Shown here: piece after piece, positions 13,426 to 26,926 of the stretch
How the letters are laid out: each line of letters opens with the position of its first letter
How positions within the stretch are numbered: position 1 is the stretch's first letter
Origin: Sphaerodactylus townsendi
Lineage: Eukaryota
Reading direction: 5' to 3'
NCBI RefSeq assembly: GCF_021028975.2
Contig: NC_059429.1
Span: forward strand, 91,884,001 to 91,948,000
Length of the DNA: 64,000 bases
Made by a program: the position numbers and the translations under genes
The notes under the pieces: generated by a model
Told to the model about the DNA's origin: nothing
Databases searched by the model: none
The model's input: only the letters and a program-made list of their open reading frames with translations

Positions 13426-14487
13426 TTCTAGGACATATGCTATGCAGTACACATTATGTACCAAGCCTGGTGGGCCTCACACCTGCCCTTGAGGAAATTT
13501 GATTTGCCTGAAATATCCTTAGAATACTTCTACAGATATACATTGGCATCAGTGATCAAGCTGAGTAACTATCGGTGATCTTCTCTTTGAAGACTCTTCT
13601 TGAAAAGAGCCGGCTCTCCTGAACACAATTAAAAACTGCAGGAGAGGAGCCCAACTGGAGAAGCTTGCTCTGCCACATATAATCTGTGTGACCGTTCTCT
13701 ATCCGGTAGACAGAGATAAGGCCCTCTTGCTATCTTACAGCTTGTAGATAAGAATAAAGTATCATGGAAGATACATGCATGCTGCAACAGCAAATAGTAA
13801 ACTTGAAGGTCACCACAGATCCATTTCATAAATAGCAATGCTTCACCCCGTGGTGAAGGACCTTATACTTGGGCACAATGAATTCATGCGCTAAGACTCC
13901 TTGTCACTGGACAGTTTACATTGTAGCTCCAACACGCTTTAAAATTTAAAGAGTCATTTTCTATGAGAATAAATCTAGCCGCATGTAGCCTCCCAGAAGA
14001 TGACCTTTGACAATGAAAGAGAACAGGTGCTCTCAGATGAAAAGTTTGGATTTATACCCCTTTTCTCAACTGTAAGGAGTCTCAAAGTGGCTTACAAATG
14101 CCTTCCCTAACCCCCAGAATTTCAAGAGTGTTTTGAATCACTTTTCAGTCACCTTGAACTGACCAAAAACACCAACTTGGGGACATGTTTTTAGCTTGAG
14201 TATATCTGAATGCATACCCCTACAAGTCAAGGAAAGTTTGGCAAGAGCTGATTCTACCAAATATCCCCTACACAATATTTCAAAACTATATAGCATCCTG
14301 TTCTTTCAGCAGTAGCCTTCAGAACAATGGAAAAGTCATGCTACCAGTACAATATACGCTTTAGATAGAAATATTTTCAAAAAGGTTAGTCCAAAAGCTG
14401 AAGCCTGTATTCAGCCATGAGGCTTGATTAAAGATAAGCAACTTCTGCCCCCATGTGGCAGAACAGCATAGAAAGCATAGACCAGGG

Positions 14488-14801
14488 CAGTGTTTTCCAG
14501 CCTTTTCAACGTCACGGTACCCTTGACCGCACTCTTCATATCTCACGGTACCACTGCCATCCTCACCCCACCTTCCCCTCCCAGTTTCCCTGCTTGCCAC
14601 CCACCACCTTCCCCTCCCAGGCTGAAGGGAAGCACAGGAGTGGGTGGGAAGTGGCTGCTGACCTTGTGGCAGGCCCTGCCCCCTGGGCCAGCTCCATGTC
14701 TTTGCTGGTGCCAGTGGGAGACACCACAAAAGTGAGGGGGGGGGGCAGTAGCATTGCCACAGCACCCCAGGGTACCACAGAACCCTGGTTGGGAATCGCT
14801 G
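14488..14801. mobile_element. hAT MITE
   Basis: CAGTGTTTTCCAGCC...GGTTGGGAATCGCTG termini; TSD GACCAGGG/GATCAGGG (1 mismatch). Confidence 0.7.
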
Positions 14802-17800
14802 GATCAGGGCATCCAAGTTTTTCCCACAGTGGGCCACATAATCAGAAACCCATGTAGGATGGGTACATGATTTTTTTTATTGATAACCATAGTGGCATAC
14901 AACCTCTTAGTTATTAAAAATATGAACTTTAGGAGAAATGTAAAAGTAGTCCACGTCTGCCCCTTGGTTTAATCAATTGTATTCATACAAAAGGGCACAG
15001 TTACAGACATACTGATCACTGATCAATTTTGATCAAGTCATTGAGAATAAGGGTATTTAACGTGCTAAAGTATACTTAAGAACTGTGGGATAGAAGCACA
15101 GTCAGGACATGCCTCAATTCTGAAGGTACCATTTTTCAAATGTGTAGGAACATTGATGGTGGCTCTCAGCTTCCGTTTCAGCAGTTTCACGAACAAGAAA
15201 GTTACTCCCACAGGTAGACCAAAGCAATGCCCAGTTTTTTTGGTTAAAAATCTCAGGCAGGATGCACCCCAGGTTCAAGTAGACTGCATGTAGCCTGTGG
15301 GCTACATGTTGGAAAACTTTGATGTAGACAAAACTATTGACATGGATCTTTTAAAAGCAATTCCAGGCCTACCTTTCCCCCAGACATCTAATATCTTTTC
15401 CCCAGACATCCAGTTCAGATACCTATTCAAGGAGTGCTCCAATCTGTGAAGCAGAAGATGTACAGCCCTGCCGCAGCAACTGCTATGCCCACTGAATTGC
15501 ATAAGCATACAGAATCTGCATAAGCATGAGGAAACTCTTTTCCTCACCAGCTGCAAGCTTAAGTCAAGCCTTAAGAAGGCAGGTGGCACAAAACGCATTC
15601 ACCTGAAAAATGTTAACAGGTAGCTCAAAACCACTCTTATTGGTATGGACACTGAAATCCATGGGCAGCCACTATTAGCCTGTCAAGAGTCTTAAGAATA
15701 TTTTTGGGAGCTTAAAAATTGGGGCTCTGGATGTCTCCTTTGTGACTGATGTCCTGCCAACTGGACAAGAGGACAGAATGCACTGCAGGGATAACTGGGA
15801 GCTGAGAAACAGATCTTGGATGCTTGGCAGTCATTCTCACCCCCTCCACTGTGAATTACTTCCAATCTATGGCGAACAAGTGTTGTATGAGCATTATTTC
15901 TAAGTTAGTGTAAGGAAACACCAATCAGTCTAGAAGTGGTTCAGGTCTGTGAGAGGTTCTTCAAATGAATGGGAGTGCATCATTTCCTCCCCCAATCATC
16001 CTGTGCAGGGCTGCAATCAGTCAAACCATCTGTTTTCTGAAACTGGAGTAATACCTGACCACTGACTCCAGATAAGGTTTTCTTTAGAAAGACCACTTCA
16101 TCGTCCATCATGTTTCAGAGGTTTGCACATAGGTAAGTGACTGGACACGTAAAATGCTACAACAACAAGCCTAAAAAGAGTGGCACCTACATACAAAACA
16201 TGATTCAAAGCAAGCAGAAATAAATACACTGCTGAGTAAAAGGCAGCGGCCAAATCAGTGAAAGAGTTACATTAAGCATATACCTGGTTAAAAATGAAAA
16301 GGGGTTTATTTAAAAAAAATCTTCCCGTTTCCCCGTGGTCATCTCTATTCCTGTCATGTGACACACACGTCTTGGATTAGTGCTTGTTACCAGCATCAAA
16401 TTAGCATAATGTTAAGTCCCCCTTTGCTCCAGAACATCACCACAGAAGAAAAACACACATCCCCCCATAAGCTGTTCTACAAGTATCCATGACACAACAT
16501 CTGACATCTGCACACCCATTCTAAATCTCCACCATGGAACTGTGGAATGAATACAATTAACAAAACAAAACACGTACATTAACAAGTTAGCCTACCTGCC
16601 CAGAAATGGGCTGAAGGGCACCAAAAACAGTTGGGATTTCATAAAGCAGTTCCACAGGAGACCTACAAAAACATATATGCTGCCAGATCTCCTTTTATTT
16701 TGAAATGTTAATAACCACATAGAGCAGGAGAAGTGACTATCAACTATCTGCCTCACAAAGGGTTTACACATCGTCCAGTTGGGTTGGCACACACAGTCCT
16801 GCATGAGGGTTTCTGAGATCCACAGGGCAGTCTAACACTCCTCCCACACCCAAAATAAAATTTCACATGATTTAGAAATGGTCTGTAGTCTAAATAAAGC
16901 AACCAGATTCAGAGGAGTGCTTTGCTCTCACTTTCAAGGATGTAACATTAAAAAAATAAAATAGTATCTTCTCCAAATGCCTCCATAGTGTAGTAGCAGG
17001 TGAAGGCAGACACCTTCAGTAGTAACCAAAGTTCAAGGATTCCATGAAGACTGTTAAGACATCAGCAAAGCAAGACTCGGTTGCTCAGTGCCTTAGAAAT
17101 GATGAGGACATCCTTTCCTTCATATTACACAACCAAAGCAAAAGAAACAAATGAAAAGGAAGTTTCAGTCCTTGTAACTGTACAGTAGGCCAAATGGATC
17201 CTTCTCCCCTCTCACCCCAGACAGTACAGCATCCTGAACAAAGCATGGACTCACCAGAGCAATGGGCTGGGATCCAGAGACCCAGACAAAGGTTTGGGTT
17301 CAACCTAGCAGAGGTTTTTGCTTCTCTCCTGCCCAAATTATTTGAATAGCATGTCCCTCTGCCATTGCTTCCTAAGCATTTTGCCATGCAGCATGGGGAC
17401 CTATAAAAGGAACCCAAGTCACAGGAACTTTTTGGACAAGGAGATAATTCAGCCATTTTATGCACACAGGCCACTGACATCTAGTATTTTAGTACAGGAG
17501 TATTCAAGGGTTGTTGTTTTGTTTTTTAATTACACAATCTGATGGAGAATTTTTCCTCCCTAGGGCAATTGTTTCTCTTGAGCAGATTAAAATCTCTAGC
17601 ATTACAATCATGGCCAATGAGTGCTATGAAGTCTGTCTGGAGCACACTTACATGGCTCATATTTTTAGGACTGATGTGGACATTCCACCCCTGCCAAGAA
17701 ATGTTGTGAATCACAAAGCACTGCATACTTAAGACAGCACACTTTAAAGTAATGCCCTTAACACAGATAGACCAAGGTGGATGCCGTCATCAGCCAAGTC

Positions 17801-18192
17801 TTGCGAAGTTCCTTTGAATGTTCCTGTGGCTGGATTACTTTCTCATCTCTTTAATTTAACTCAAATCCCTATCCAAAGTTGGCAGGAAAGTTCAAAAGCT
17901 TTCATTTCTTGGATGTTCTAAGAAATACAGTGAAGTTAAACAGACAACAAATGCTTGTCTTTCCAAGAGCAGATGCCAAAGGGAGATTGAGCTCTGCCAA
18001 GAAGCTTCTTACAAGGAGATCCAGACTGGTCAACAAGAAGCTGGTGTAAGGCTAGTCCTCATCTAACACAAAACTGTTACAGGACTTTTTTTCTAAGCTG
18101 CAATGGCTACATTCAAACCCCCCAGACATGACAACACAAAACAAATGCTATTTCAGAGAGAAGGATTCAAATATATATAGATATATATAAAA

Positions 18193-18352
18193 CTATGCAG
18201 TGATGTCATTATTTGCAGAAGGATGGTTATTCTGTGTTGGGACTATATGATGTAGAACTTGATGGTCCCATCCAACCGTTGTTAGGCAGCCTTTGTCTGA
18301 CGGCAACCATGACAGCCCTTTCACAAAGTCTCGATGGGAACGGTTTCTGAAG
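18193..18352 (-). CDS. WDR77: WDR77 exon 10 (terminal coding exon)
   Basis: Acceptor TTTCTCAG|C; [17 protein letters not shown]...[16 protein letters not shown]; stop TAG at 18193-18195. Confidence 0.95.
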
Positions 18353-19308
18353 CTGAGAAAAGCACAAAGTGTTCCATTGTTATTTGTGAAACACATAATG
18401 CCTCAGTCACTAAGAACAAACAGCCCTCCTTCTTAAGCAATATGCATTCTTGGGAGTTACTAGAAATTGAATTTTCCTAATGTATGGTACAGCTTAGGAA
18501 TTCAGGTGGCTACCATTGTAACAATCAGGCGGTTCTAGCTCTAGGATCAGGGACTAACAGGATCTTTTCTGGGATATCATCAAAGTAAATTCCAGTCCAT
18601 GATTTCTCCACCACCATGCAATCGATCAACACGGAAGTCAATGTGCGGGGGACAGAGACTGTCTTCCTCACATGGCTGCCCAAGTAACTACCTTAGAAGA
18701 CAGTACACTACTGAGGTTATCCCTGCAAAGAGGGAGTCTAAGGAATCAGCCCCAGGCTCTCTTCCTCCCTCCTTGTAGACCAAGCAGTGGGTTGGACAAT
18801 GGGATGCAAAAAATGTGACCCTCACTACGTCTCTTCGCCTATCTAGCAGACTTGGAAATGGACTCAGTGAGAAATGGGCAGCATAACCTGTTTTGCCTTA
18901 AGTGGCAGATGGGTTGGTAGCCCTCTACTGCCTTACAATCTACCTCTCTTTCCACCAACACATTGTTGATACTTGGCTACCTAGTGATACTGAGAGCCAC
19001 GTGAAAAGAAATTTATTGTGAAGAGCGTCTTTTTGGATTTGTAGAAATTCAGGCCACACCCACAGGATACATGTCAAAACAAAATAATCCGCAGGGGAAC
19101 TGAAAGTATAACCTAGACTGATTCAGAAAATTAAATCTCCATTTAAACGCAATGCTGGCTAGTGAAAAGCACTTTCCTGCTGCCCTTTCCCCTTATGAGA
19201 GAAGCTGATTTAAACTGGACTGTTATCCGAATCAAACAGCTACAGGTTCCATCTGAATCATGCCTAAGATATTAGGCAGCAAAGGGAGTTGCCCTATTTT
19301 GTACTTAC

Positions 19309-19377
19309 ACTTCTGAAAAGTTGGAGTCAAGAACAACTACGGAGCAGTCTTCACTGATGGAAGCCAGAAGGGGTGAA
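19309..19377 (-). CDS. WDR77: WDR77 exon 9
   Basis: SPLLASISEDCSVVVLDSNFSEV; AG and GTAAGT boundaries; 69 bp. Confidence 0.95.
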
Positions 19378-20184
19378 CTACCGACAGAAGAAAAGCTCAT
19401 GAATATATGCAGAGACTTGCAATTAACCCTGACAAGCCACATAAAAACAGATGCCACAGATGAACTCAGGTGACCCACTGCTACAGTTTTTAAATATTTA
19501 TGTAGTGGTACCAGCATACAGGGGATGAACAGAGTAACATAAAACAAAAATAGATGGGCCACAGTCCAGTGGGGGTTGGGGCAGACTCAAACCAACATTT
19601 TGACAAAGGGGAAAAAAGAAGGAAGGGACAGAAGTGATAAATACGTGCAAAGATTGCACATCATCTCAGTTGCAAACAGGATTAAATCCTTAAGGCGAAG
19701 TCTTCACAGACTAAGTAGGCCTTGACACACACAGGAGTTCTAGGTAGGTGGCAGCAAGGGAAAAATGAAGGAATAGTTTAAGGCTAGAGCTGCTGGAATG
19801 TCTACGGTGCTTTCCTCCACCAATCTATCCATAATCTACTGATTGCACTGCAAATCAGGTGCTATCGTTTAAAACTGAGGCTGCAGGACAATGAAAAGAC
19901 ATACCGGCAATGGATAAAACCAAAGCTGAAAATACTAATTACGGGTTCTTAGTGAGATCAAGCTTTGATCCTCCCAAAGCCTTTGTTTCAAATAACACTA
20001 TAAACATTTTCAGTGGGAGAAAAAAACACACATAGGATCTGGAAAACACATGCTTCAGTTCACTACAATTTCCCAAGAAAAAATGTAAATGGACATTTCT
20101 GTTATCCCCGACCCTCAGCACAGAACACTGCTTCACCTGGCAAATAACTTAGGTACTTTCAACACACAACCAAACTACCTAAAG

Positions 20185-20480
20185 CAGTGATCCCTAACAT
20201 GGTGTCTGTGGACACCTTTTCTGGAGTCAACCAAGGGTTTTAGGAAACAGGTAGGGTTCTGATTGGCTATGCAGATTTTTTAAAAATGTTGCTTTAGAAG
20301 CAGCTGCCACCACAGCACAAGGATCTCCGCCCTATTACTGAAGTTAAACTGGGGAAATCATTTGGTGACTGGCTCCATCTCCTGTAGCAGCCATTCTGTG
20401 GCACCACTTTGGTTGATGAGCTCACTATGCAGTGTCAGACTTGCAAGTATGCCCAGTCTTGAAACGGCTCGGAACCTCTG
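20185..20480. mobile_element. hAT MITE in WDR77 intron 8
   Basis: CAGTGATCCCTAAC...GGAACCTCTG; TSD ACCTAAAG/ACCTGAAG; body homologous to ~33540-33886. Confidence 0.65.
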
Positions 20481-20504
20481 ACCTGAAGCATACAGCTTAT
20501 CTAA

Positions 20505-20644
20505 GGCCCCTTCCGCACATGCAGAATAATGCATTTTCAATGCACTTTGCAGCTGGATTTTACTGTGTGAAACAGCAAAATCCATTTGCAAGCAATTGTG
20601 AAAGTGGATTGAAAGTGGATTATACTGCATGTGCAGAAGGAGCC
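20505..20644. mobile_element. ~140-bp Harbinger-type MITE
   Basis: GGCCCCTTCCGCACATGCAG...CTGCATGTGCAGAAGGAGCC; flanks TAA/TTA; same family as the copies at 38557 and 48666. Confidence 0.8.
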
Positions 20645-20826
20645 TTAGTAATTTCATATTGAGGATAATCATCAGCACACAGAACTGAATTTTACAAGGG
20701 AAAAAAGAAAGTCCTAGCTTAGGATGAACACAGGTTACATGGACCTACCCATCAGAAATGATGCTGCCTATTTAGAGTAGGCTTTAGGTTGCAAAGGGAA
20801 ATACCTGCTAATATTATAGATCGTAC

Positions 20827-20935
20827 CTATGTGCAGAGAAAGCAAATCCTGTAACACTTCGAGAGTGCACAGCTGTGCTGAGCGCAGAGTCAGGCTTCTT
20901 TGTGTCTACAAGGACAACAGTTCCATTTTCGTCAC
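20827..20935 (-). CDS. WDR77: WDR77 exon 8
   Basis: [36 protein letters not shown]; 109 bp; AG/GT boundaries. Confidence 0.95.
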
Positions 20936-21037
20936 CTTGGAAAGGGCGACAGAGAGCAACATTATTGTCAAGTCAGCTGAAGAGAAATAAAATTCAATTG
21001 TAATGATGATGTAGAAAGAATCAAGAAGTACTCTTAC

Positions 21038-21109
21038 CCAAAACAAAAGTGTCATTTTGATGTGGATGCCACACCAGTGAGGTAGAAAGATTATTAGAGG
21101 CAGTATGGA
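21038..21109 (-). CDS. WDR77: WDR77 exon 7
   Basis: VHTASNNLSTSLVWHPHQNDTFVL; 72 bp; donor GTAAGA. Confidence 0.92.
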
Positions 21110-22153
21110 CTATGTGAGACAAAAAAAAAGCAATCACTTTATTTTTAATTATACTTCCTAGCATAGTTGATTAGCTAATGATTTAAACAAGAGAGGAGGA
21201 AAGAAGGACACAAAAGACTGGTTGTTGTGGAGTTCCTCAGCCTTAGAATTTATAACTATTATCTTCTCAATATTGTCCATCTAGTTCTATTTAAGTAGTA
21301 GTACTTTGGGGAAGGTCTGTGGCCAAAAAAACTGGCATCTTGCCTATTTCATTCTGTTGAGAATCAAGAGATCTCACTCTCTGGCCAGCAGAAGTTCAGG
21401 AAAATACAAGATCCTTTCATTGGGCAGCAGCTGCCTTAATTTTTTTGACTTGGCAGACACTAAACAAACTTGTATGTATGTGACTAGGCTGCTCACCTGC
21501 CTCAGTGGCACTAACTACCAAAACAATCACATCTTCTCCAAGTTTTAGAACTGCACAGTTTGGACAATACTAAGACATTCTGTGCATATAATGAGGCTGT
21601 CAATAACAAACTGTTTCTAAAATATAAAGGATTTTGTTTAAAGTACAGAATTTAAGTTGTTGAAGTAGATTTATCTATGCAAGCTACTGCTGTAAGTAAC
21701 GCAATGCCACCTGATTGTGGGCCCTGGTCCTGAAGGAAATAGGCTTTTCAAAGGAGTTTTTTAAATCACTGGGTTCCAGCACAACACTCTTCATTAAGAG
21801 CAAGGCTGAAGTTCATGCACAAACTTGCACATAATTGCCCCTTTCCCTTCCATGACTTGCTGTAACCTTCACTTAACCTGCACCGGCACGAGGATTAAGA
21901 GTAAGCAAGATGGCCTGAAACCATGACTTAAGTTGCCAGCTGTGGTTTGGGGCAATTCTGCTTAGCCTTAACCATTGTCAGCACAAAACCTGGACAATGA
22001 TAAATTCGGATTATGGCAAATTGATTAATTATAGCTCTCTAGGACACTCTCTGGTTAGAAAATGTGAAATTTCTGCAGGGCAACTAACTTTGAAATCGAC
22101 AAGTTGCTTCCTCCAACTTCTAGTCACAGAACATTTGGCAACAAAAGACGTAC

Positions 22154-22208
22154 CAATGCGAGTTGCTGGTTTTGGAGACCTGGTATCCCAGAGTAAAATC
22201 CTGCCATC
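22154..22208 (-). CDS. WDR77: WDR77 exon 6
   Basis: DGRILLWDTRSPKPATRI; 55 bp. Confidence 0.95.
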
Positions 22209-22408
22209 CTAAGAACAAACAAAACAAATGAAAGTTATTTTTAAAGGCAAAATCATAACTGCCAGGAACTATACATTCTTTTTCAGAAGTAGCTGTTTCA
22301 GCCTTGCCATATTCTTCCCTCTCCCCTATGAAACTCTGATGGCAACATTAAAGAGATCAAACCTTGCATTCAGATCACAAAGAATCAGAAGCAAGAAGAT
22401 GGTTTTAC

Positions 22409-22479
22409 CTCAGCGCAGGACAAGAACACCATATCCTTTCCAGGACAGGATGCGACACATGTTACTTGACCGGAATGAG
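22409..22479 (-). CDS. WDR77: WDR77 exon 5
   Basis: AHSGQVTCVASCPGKDMVFLSCAE; 71 bp. Confidence 0.95.
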
Positions 22480-23204
22480 CTAGCAAAAATAAAACAAACA
22501 GAAATAAAGCTTTTATGTTAATATGGACACCTCTGGCTGGTCAACCAAAACTTGGAGCTGTATAGGCCTTGGAGCCGTATAGGAAAGAGAATGGTTCACT
22601 GTACATGCATAGGACAAAGGGGTTTCTGATCCTCACAGTAGCTTAAGGAAAAGAAAGGACCACTGGCTAGAAATGTGAATTAAGAAAGACATCCCAGCTA
22701 GCATCATGGCTGCTAAGAGGCCCTGAGCACTGGCAGCACAGACTCAAAACTTAAGGCAGTTAGAACAACTCAAAAACAACAAAAATGTGAGAAACACAGT
22801 TTTCATTTAGAATCGGAGCAGGAAAATGGGAGCTTTGGCTGCTTTAGCAAATTCCATTATGAAAATTCAGGTGTGATATACTCAGGGCAGAGTCATTGGT
22901 GGTAGTGCGGGGGGTAGGACTGTAGGGGCTTGCTTGTGTTCCTGCTAATTCAACTGCCAGATGATTCATCTTTGATGAAATCACCTTAATAGTCTTCCCC
23001 TCCCTAAACTGAATGAGGATCAAGCTAGAAAGATGAAGATGAAGAAGATTTTTACTCAGTCAACACAACAATTCTAAGTACCAGGAAGCAAAAGAACTCC
23101 TCTTCAGGAATTGTTTTATAATGGCAACTGATTTCAGAAAGATCAGAAATTTCAGTTCAGAAAACCATTCGTCCAACACATTGGAAAGAGAATTTTTTAT
23201 CATG

Positions 23205-23377
23205 TGGGGTGCTGTGTGGTTTCTGGGCTGTATGGCCGTGTTCTAGCAGCATTCTCTCCTGAAGATGCCAGCCACAGATGCAGGCGAGACGTCAGGAGAG
23301 AATGCTGCTAGAACACAGCCATACAGCCCAGAAACCACACAGCACCCCAGTCCGGCCGTGAAAGCCTTCGACAATAC
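23205..23377 (+). mobile_element. Penelope-like element terminal fragment, fold-back, with degenerate hammerhead motif
   Basis: ~55-bp inverted arms around CTGAAGATGCCAGCCACAGATGCAGGCGAGACGTC; tail CCGTGAAAGCCTTCGACAATAC; approximate TSD TTTTTATCRTGTGG. Confidence 0.8.
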
Positions 23378-25207
23378 ATTTTTATCGTGTGGTTTGCTCA
23401 AATGTCAACCACTGAAAAATAAATAAAAAATAAATAAAAACTAGGCCTTCTTTAATCAGAATACAATGTTTGTCTTTCATGTCTTCCTCCCCACTTATTG
23501 TTCTTCTTTCATCTATCTAGCTCTCAGAAGGGAATAATTTTATTTAACTTTCTGATGAGTGTTGCTTGTGGAATTCAGAACTGTGCACATAAGAGGTAGT
23601 GTGGAGCTTATATCTCCTTCACATCTGGTGTATCATTAGAATGTTCAATGTAACCAAAAGGCAGAAGAGCCACAGAGCATCTGTCAACACGTTATTTGTT
23701 GGCCCCTCCACACTGAATGCAGAAAGAAAGAAGACCATACGAGCAATGCAGGGTTGATGGGCTGGGACGACACAGCTCCAGCACTGCCTGCTCCATGGGG
23801 CACTAATCTAGCACTGCCCGCTCCTGCAGGGTTATCCTGCAGTGTAGGAAATCCGAAAAGTAAAACAAAACATTCTGAGGAATCCCCCATAGGGGAGAAT
23901 AGAGATACCGTATGTCATGAAAATAATGGAGTATCTCTGCTGGCACAGAAGCCAGAAAGGTGCTGGAGGCTAAGGTTGGCCCCGCCCTCCAGCCACATTT
24001 TGTGCAGATGGGCCTGGGCAATGGAGGTAGCTTCTGGGTCAGGTGCTGTGGAATTGCATGGGATAAGTTACCCACCCCCACCAGCGCATTTGCCCCTGCA
24101 CTGGCTCCAGAGAAAGATCCCCCCCCTCCCCACCCCTGGATTGAGCTATTAATCTGTTTGGGGCTACGTTGGCCAACTAAGTTGGCCAATTAATCTGTTT
24201 GGGGCTAAGTTGGCCTTCCTTTAAAAGTGAGATCTGACTGCAGTTATTTGTGCTCTGGTCATGTCAAAGTTGAACTGTTGCAGTGTGCTGTAGTGAGCCT
24301 GTTTATGAGGATGGCTGAAGAGTTCTGAAGTGTTTCACAGGCGGTCCGTTTGTTTCTGGGTTGAGTTCAAAATGCTGGTTTGTTTCAGGTTTTGAAACCT
24401 TAAACAACCTAGTATTGTGAAACCAAAAGGAGTGTGTGCCTGCTCCCACTCAAGCCAGACTGAGCTCCAAGTTCATTCTCTGAGGCCCTGCTCCGTGGAC
24501 CCGCAAGTCTCAAAAGTATCAGGGTAAAAGCCTTTTATCTCATGTTGAAGAATACCTTGTCCCAACCTTCCTTTGGTAACTTTCTGGTACCAGGCAAAAG
24601 CTTTATTTATTGATCCAGGCATTTATAAATTATTTGTTTTAGCATTCTGGGGGGAGTTGATGAGTCCTGCTCTTCAAGGTGTTAAGATCTCATTTATATT
24701 TGCTGTTATTCTATTTTAGATCAATATGTCTTCCTGTGCTCAGAAGCTTCTCATACAAAGTAGGCTAATGACAATGTTTACTGAACAACAGTAATACATT
24801 TTAAAAACAAAACAAAAGCAAAACAAGGACTGCAGTTTGATCAGAAGGCCACAGCTTGATCAAAAGGCCAACTGAAAGCACTGCTTCAGTTTTAATCCTA
24901 CTTCAGAATTTAATTCAGTTTTAATCCTTCAAACAGACAAGTTTGAAGAGCAGGCAGAATGCAAAGCTAGTAGCCAATGTAATGCCATGCTTGGACCTCT
25001 GTAGTTGGATGAAGAAGACCTGAGTGCAAATCACTGCTCAGCCATGATTCAAACTAGGTGATCTAGAACAAATCATTCTCTTGCAGCCTAACCTACCTCA
25101 CAAAAAACTGCTGTGTGGGTTGTTCAGGGTAATTAACCCTGAGATACTTTGGTGAGAGGATAACCTAAAACAATACATAAAAAGATGGAAGAAAGCTTAG
25201 CACTCAC

Positions 25208-25257
25208 CTCTGTAGGAATTCAACACTGTTTCTTGAGGGATGTCCCAGATCTTCACA
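25208..25257 (-). CDS. WDR77: WDR77 exon 4
   Basis: VKIWDIPQETVLNSYR; 50 bp; donor GTGAGT. Confidence 0.95.
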
Positions 25258-25340
25258 CTAAACATAAAATCCAAACCATGTTAAGAAGAAGAACAGATAC
25301 TTTTACATAAAGCAGAAAACATTACACCACAAAGAATAAC

Positions 25341-25482
25341 CTGAAGTCTTTGCTACCGCTGACAGCCTGTGTGTTGTTGGCGAGGACACTCACTGTGGTC
25401 ACAATGTCGTCGTGCTCGTACTTACAAAATTTGTTCACTATCAGGGTCTCATTCTCATCCAGCTCCCAAAGCTCCAGAGCAC
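25341..25482 (-). CDS. WDR77: WDR77 exon 3
   Basis: [47 protein letters not shown]; 142 bp. Confidence 0.96.
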
Positions 25483-26740
25483 CTGGACAAGATAACACCA
25501 AATTCAGCAGATCAATTCCTATGAAAACTCAAACATGCATTTAAAAGATGTGACCCTCTGTTGTGTGATATTATTGGTGTGCCTACCTCAACCTGGTCCA
25601 CTAGATTACATCAACAATCCAAATATATTAATGGCCCAATCCAGTGGGCTGCAGCAGATGGAGATGGTGCCGCCCTACACCGCCTCCAGAGTGGATCCAG
25701 GCATCACAGTGAGGCAGCGAAAAGAAGAAAGTCCCTGGCACTGGAGAAACTGACTTATGCTGCCCCTGCACCAGGGATATTCCTGGGCCAAAAGCCCAGT
25801 GAAAGCCAACTAAGGTTGGCTCTACCCCTGGGAATACCGATAGCGTGCCCCAACTGTGTAAGCAGCCAAGTTTAGGCTGGCACAGGTCTGGGGTCAGAGA
25901 CTGCTTCTGGGTTGGGCACTGTGGAGCTCTTCCCACCTCCATTTGCCCACCCTGCTGGCATAAGTGCTACATACTCTGGCAGAGTGGGCAAACACCCCAG
26001 TGTGGCCCTATGCTGGTCCCAAGAGCCAATTATTTTCCCACCCCCACCCCGACCCTAAGGTGGGCTCCTGACCCCTATTTATTAATAGGTTGTATTCTAG
26101 AAGTTAGTTTGAATAAATTGCATTCTAGAAGTTTGTTTGAAAGTCAGCATACATTTTCCCATAGAGGTACATGAATGTGTGCAACAGGAGAAATCAATAA
26201 TGTTGTAATTCTATGAAGTAATTAAATCAGAAAAACAATAGAATAACTGTAGGATAAGGTTTTTACCATTTTCTTTCAATGCATGGGTGCTTTACTTGCA
26301 GTAAACAGGTCTACAAATCATACTTAAGAGGAAGGGAGGGATTTCTTGTATTCGTGCCTGAACAGCTAACAGAAAATACATTTAAAAGGGAGAAGGGCTA
26401 AAAATACAAATCAGTGCCCCTCCTTCTCCCCCCACTCCTCATCCTTTTCCCCACTGCTTTCCAAGCTCACTTCTTGGTCTCTGCTATTTGCAAGTATAGA
26501 CTATTTGTAAGTCAGGGGATGACTGTACCATAAGAACTCTGAAGAAGCTAATGTTCCTTAAAGGAAATAACACCTTTTGAAATAAGCACAGCTTTTGAAA
26601 CAGTTTACAGTGTGCGTTTTCTCCTGTAATGTCCAACTAAAGTCTTTGCAGAGCTAAGGGCAAACACTAATTCACTGCTGGAAAAGTAGAGAAATATTAC
26701 CTATAAGACAGTTCACTAGCAAGAGGGCCTCAATACACAC

Positions 26741-26926
26741 CTGAGTCAGAAGCAACCAAGATGCCTTTATCATCCACCCATTTCAGATCTGCTATTCCTG
26801 CTTCAGTTTGAACCCCTGCGGCGCAAAAGCCTTCATTCGGAGCTTTTGTCGGATCCTTGAATACCCAAATGGAACCAACCCAGCACCGTCCACTTAAGCT
26901 GGATGCTCCAAGGAGCAAGACACCAT
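26741..26926 (-). CDS. WDR77: WDR77 exon 2
   Basis: [26 protein letters not shown]...APNEGFC...GILVASDS; 186 bp. Confidence 0.96.

Noticed and set aside
13500-17330. Minus-strand splice-like sites (acceptors near 13619 and 15603, donor near 17256) suggesting a hidden gene or extra WDR77 exons
   Set aside because: No consistent reading frame or recognisable protein; cannot be supported without RNA-seq.
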